A stretch of DNA of 40,426 bases from positions 1 through 40,426 of the forward strand of contig JALQXY010000035.1 in the NCBI GenBank assembly GCA_023262945.1, written 5' to 3'. Each line of letters begins with the position of its first letter. Position 1 is the first letter of the stretch. Source of the stretch: Rickettsiales bacterium. Lineage in GTDB: Bacteria > Pseudomonadota > Alphaproteobacteria > Rickettsiales > UBA1997. Under the pieces are notes generated by a model. It was not told the DNA's origin, did not search any database, and saw nothing but the letters and a program-made list of their open reading frames with translations. Shown here one piece after another: positions 37,274 to 40,426 of the stretch. The position numbers and the translations under genes were made by a program.

Positions 37274-38176
37274 CTAATCCAAAATTTCAAACTCTACACC
37301 AAGCGGAATGGGCGTGTTGAATTGGCCGTGACCGATATGCTTAATACTAAAAACCTGAATATTAATATTATTGGCAAAACTTTCGACAACTTTGTTTAAA
37401 TGATATTGATTTTTACTATCGGCTTTTTCTATCAAATCACCAATAAAAACTGCCTGACAATTGTTAAAAATATTGGCATTTTTTAAATGATTAAGCATGC
37501 GGTCAATTTTATAAGCCTCTTCATCCACCTCCTCAATAAGCATGGCATAATTACCGCTGTTATTAATTTGCCATTTGGCGCCAATTGATGTTTGAATTAA
37601 AGATAGGTTTCCCCCTAATAATTTAGGCATTTTTTTTATTTTACTGATCTGGTTCAATGGTTTTATTTCGTATTCGAGTTGAGATATCTCGCCAAACAAT
37701 ATTTTTTTAAATAAATTTATAGTCTTATCATTAACATCATTATTGGCTATTTGCTTTAATGTTGGCGAATGAAGAGTGGAAAATTTAAAACAATTATTAA
37801 ATGCTAAATGTAGGCTTGTGATATCGCTAAATCCAGTTAATAATTTGAATTTTGGCGATTTTTCCAAATTTAATAATTCATCAATAATGCAAGACGCTCC
37901 ATATCCACCTCTGGTAGCACTAATAAAATCACTATTTTTGCAATTTATAGCTTGCCTTAACTCATTCAACCTTTCTTGGTCACAATGCGCAAGAAAAGGT
38001 TCGTTATTTGGTGTTTTGTAAGGAAAAATTTGAACCTCAAGACCCCAATCAACTAAGAAATTTTTAATTTTAATTATGTCGCTATTTTTAATAAAAAAAG
38101 ATGGAGATATTAAGCTAATTTTATCGCCTTTTTTCAATTTAGGCCAGTGAATAGGGATTTCAAATTTTATCTTCAT
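37274..38176 (-). CDS. ldcA: LD-carboxypeptidase (peptidase S66, LdcA/MccF family)
   Basis: Nucleophile motif GFSDITSLH, EEVDEEAYKIDRML and a C-terminal IGHG. I chose the start ATG at 38176 because AGGAGG lies 4 nt upstream. That start overlaps the upstream gene by 17 nt. The track start at 38209 is less likely. Confidence 0.88.
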   Translation of the reverse strand: MKIKFEIPIHWPKLKKGDKISLISPSFFIKNSDIIKIKNFLVDWGLEVQIFPYKTPNNEPFLAHCDQERLNELRQAINCKNSDFISATRGGYGASCIIDELLNLEKSPKFKLLTGFSDITSLHLAFNNCFKFSTLHSPTLKQIANNDVNDKTINLFKKILFGEISQLEYEIKPLNQISKIKKMPKLLGGNLSLIQTSIGAKWQINNSGNYAMLIEEVDEEAYKIDRMLNHLKNANIFNNCQAVFIGDLIEKADSKNQYHLNKVVESFANNINIQVFSIKHIGHGQFNTPIPLGVEFEILD

Positions 38177-38921
38177 TTGCCCTCCTGATAAACTCTTTAA
38201 AAAGCTCAAAATTAAAATTATACTGCTTTATTTGCCCCGCTTCGTGACAACTAAACTCAGGATGCCATTGCACCCCAACAGCAAATTTTTTATTTTTAAC
38301 AACTATGGCCTCTATGCAACCATCATCCGCTTTGGCCAAAATCTCTATTTTGTCACTTATCTCAACTATCGCCTCATTGTGATTAGAGTTTACATAGGAT
38401 TTATCTTGAGGAAAGATATTTGCAAATGCGCTGTTTTTATTGATAACAAGCTGATGATCTTCTTGATAGCCGTAATGCTTTAAAGGCGTTTTTAGGTATT
38501 TATGAATATTTGGTGTTAATTTACATCCTAAAATACCTCCCATTACTTGCATTCCGGCACAAATACCGAATATTGGCAAATCTTTCTCAAGGGCTTTTTT
38601 TATAAAATTTTCTTCAAAAATAAATCTAGGAGATACTTCATAAGGGCTTGACTCACCTTTATTGACATACCATTGATCAGGAGTTTTATATTGACCACCC
38701 GGCACAACCAGACCGTCAATTTTGCTAAGATACTCATCGATTTCTTCTGCTTGGCAATATGGTATAAGCCATGGCGTTCCTCCAGCAAGGCGAACGGCCT
38801 TAACATAATGGGATCTTATGACAAAATGCTCAGAAGCAGAGAAATCACCCCTTTCTTGCCAATCAATAATAATAGCTATTGTTGGTTTTTTCATTATTTT
38901 AATTTGATAATTTATTTGCAT
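38160..38921 (-). CDS. class I glutamine-amidotransferase-fold peptidase C26 (PuuD-like gamma-glutamyl hydrolase)
   Basis: 253 aa. Nucleophile GICAGMQVM and the His region VGVQWHPE. ATG 38894 (MKKPTIAIIID) is an alternative start. Confidence 0.82.
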   Translation of the reverse strand: MQINYQIKIMKKPTIAIIIDWQERGDFSASEHFVIRSHYVKAVRLAGGTPWLIPYCQAEEIDEYLSKIDGLVVPGGQYKTPDQWYVNKGESSPYEVSPRFIFEENFIKKALEKDLPIFGICAGMQVMGGILGCKLTPNIHKYLKTPLKHYGYQEDHQLVINKNSAFANIFPQDKSYVNSNHNEAIVEISDKIEILAKADDGCIEAIVVKNKKFAVGVQWHPEFSCHEAGQIKQYNFNFELFKEFIRRANEDKI

Positions 38922-38928
38922 TTATACA

Positions 38929-40188
38929 CTAATCTCTAATAGCGCAATTGGCATCAATAATGTATTTATAGATCGTTAATTGCTCAAGACCAACTGGGCC
39001 CCTAGCGTGTAATTTGCCAGTAGAAATGCCAACCTCGGCTCCTAGCCCAAACTCTCCTCCATCGGCAAACTGAGTTGATGCATTATGCATTACAATCGCT
39101 GAATCAATTTGTTGCAAAAATTTCTTGGCCGCTTCATTGTCTTCGCAAATTATACTTTCAGTGTGGCTTGATGAATTGTGGTTGATGTGAGCAATGGCCT
39201 CATTTATATCTTCAACTATTTTTAATGAAATGATTTTATCAAGATACTCTGTAGCAAAGTCTTTTTTATTAGCTTTTTTTATACGATTATCAAGCTTTTG
39301 AGATTCTTTATCTCCTCTAATTTCGCAGCCAGCTTCTATTAAATCATCGCAAATTATTGGAATAACATTTTTAGCAATCTCTTTATCAATCACTATAGAT
39401 TCGCAAGCTCCACAAATACCTACTCTGCGCATTTTAGCGTTAAATATTATCTTTCTTGCTTTTGTCAAATCACAAGATTTATGTATATAGCTATGACAAT
39501 TGCCATCAAGATGCTTAAATAAAGGAATTCTGCTTTTGCTGCTAATAGCTTTAATCAAAGATTTACCGCCACGAGGTATCACAACGTCAATATATCGAGA
39601 CATTTTTAACAATTCGTTAACGCAAGAATGATCCGCGTTGCTTACTAAAGTTATAATATTTTCATTAATTTTTTGTTTTCTTAAAACATGGCGATAAATA
39701 TTAGCAATTGCAGTAGAAGAGTTTATAGAATCAGAGCCGCAACGCAAAATTACCGCATTTCCTGATTTTATAGCCAAGGCGGCAATGTCAGAAGTAACAT
39801 TTGGACGAGATTCATAAATCGCTAATAAAAGACCAATCGGAACGGTGATTCTTTTTATATGGAGCCCATTTGCCCTTTTAACATCGTAGGTAATTTTGCC
39901 AATAGGATCCTCTAGATCAGATATATCAAGAACGGCCTTAATAATATTTTTAACTCTTGCCTCGTCAAGTTTTAAGCGGTCAATTTTAGCGTCCGATAAA
40001 TTGTTTTTCTTGGCATTGCTTAGATCCTTTTTATTAGCAGCAATAATCTGATCTATATTTTGCTCCAACAAGTTAGCAACTTCTTTTAATATCTTGTTTT
40101 TTTGAATAGAGTCAAGATTAGCAAGAATTTGGCTTGCTTTTTTGCTGTTTTGGCAAATATTTACTATTTGTTGCTTAGCTAGTTTCAT
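38929..40188 (-). CDS. proA: gamma-glutamyl phosphate reductase
   Basis: 419 aa aldehyde-dehydrogenase fold. Motifs YESRPNVT, catalytic Cys region GICGACESIVID and C-terminal GLEQLTIYKY. Confidence 0.94.
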   Translation of the reverse strand: MKLAKQQIVNICQNSKKASQILANLDSIQKNKILKEVANLLEQNIDQIIAANKKDLSNAKKNNLSDAKIDRLKLDEARVKNIIKAVLDISDLEDPIGKITYDVKRANGLHIKRITVPIGLLLAIYESRPNVTSDIAALAIKSGNAVILRCGSDSINSSTAIANIYRHVLRKQKINENIITLVSNADHSCVNELLKMSRYIDVVIPRGGKSLIKAISSKSRIPLFKHLDGNCHSYIHKSCDLTKARKIIFNAKMRRVGICGACESIVIDKEIAKNVIPIICDDLIEAGCEIRGDKESQKLDNRIKKANKKDFATEYLDKIISLKIVEDINEAIAHINHNSSSHTESIICEDNEAAKKFLQQIDSAIVMHNASTQFADGGEFGLGAEVGISTGKLHARGPVGLEQLTIYKYIIDANCAIRD

Positions 40189-40285
40189 TTTTCTAAATTA
40201 GCACTTGTAAAAGCTTTTGCAAATCAATAGATTTGATCTTTTGTAGCTATTTTGATTTTTTAAATTTAACATATCAAGATTAATA

Positions 40286-40426
40286 ATACCAATTCCCATC
40301 TAAAAATGAACAATATGACAAAATATTTTTTGAGATAAAAATTGTAAAAAATGCAAGTCCTATACCTATAGGGCTTAAGGCTTTTTGCAATTTTTAGCCA
40401 AAAAGATAAAGTCAGATTGTTTAGTT
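40286..40426. repeat. MITE-like element (A-type), copy 2, truncated by the window end
   Basis: 141 nt collinear with 37046-37185, in the same orientation. The differences are T/C at position 11, one extra T, A/G, and GG/CC in the hairpin loop. Confidence 0.9.

Noticed and set aside
1165-38021. Remaining short nested ORFs from the track (1165-1347, 5766-5969, 7313-7504, 7746-7949, 9406-9597, 9991-10185, 20779-20964, 24507-24701, 25762-25959, 28089-28319, 34163-34381, 35595-35810, 36352-36549, 37776-38021)
   Set aside because: Each lies inside a longer, motif-supported CDS, either in antisense or in an alternate frame. They are 60-87 aa, of low complexity, and have no recognisable family.
38232-38939. 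ORFs at 38232-38483 (+), 38600-38806 (-) and 38673-38939 (+)
   Set aside because: They are nested in, or antisense to, the C26 peptidase gene, which has intact Cys and His catalytic motifs. The same-strand one (38600-38806) is in a different frame and lacks motifs.
1-40426. Search for a mobile island, prophage, defence system, toxin-antitoxin pair or CRISPR array
   Set aside because: The window has no integrase, transposase, recombinase, phage structural gene, restriction-modification gene, nuclease/ATPase defence gene or short toxin-antitoxin-like gene pair. It has no spaced direct-repeat array. Gene content is continuous housekeeping, and all conserved genes are of normal length and look intact.

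Overview
This is a 40.4-kb, strongly AT-rich window (roughly 30% GC by eye, not computed). It reads as core chromosome of a streamlined or genome-reduced alphaproteobacterium. Supporting markers are a mitochondrial-type PDH E2 N-terminus, a COQ9-family protein, CarD/CdnL, MlaA-MlaC, Pal and a type II NADP-IDH. The genetic code looks standard, with TGA used as a stop. I call 40 CDS, including one edge fragment and one doubtful small ORF. Almost all are housekeeping genes: wrbA-like, rsmI, lpoA-like, ispG, bioC-like, mlaA, mlaC, dnaB, rpmG, icd, pepP, radA, pal, ruvC, fadB, trxB, fabG, cvpA, COQ9-like, argD, M23 peptidase, carD, lolD, secG, gcvT, gcvH, ahpC, pdhC, yejE, purH, ldcA, a C26 peptidase and proA. 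I found no rRNA, tRNA, CRISPR array, transposase, integrase, phage gene or recognisable defence or toxin gene. I therefore cannot point to a convincing novel multi-gene system, and the leads below are single-locus oddities. (1) An 84-nt island of about 50% GC with four helices lies directly 5' of a small-ORF/hydrolase operon (16748-16831, minus strand); I could not match it to any RNA family from memory. (2) One mosaic palindromic MITE-like repeat superfamily fills 8 of the 15 spacers longer than 100 bp. Two roughly 96%-identical long copies sit in direct orientation around ldcA-C26 peptidase-proA. Another module looks like a repeat-borne terminator. (3) A 642-aa N/K/I-rich orphan ORF lies between dnaB and rpmG. 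(4) The CarD homologue carries a lysine-rich N-terminal extension and a poly-Glu/Asp tail. (5) An AraM-like glycerol-1-phosphate-dehydrogenase-family gene stands alone. (6) ldcA and a gamma-glutamyl-type peptidase appear translationally coupled. All product calls rest on motif recognition by eye; no database search was run.
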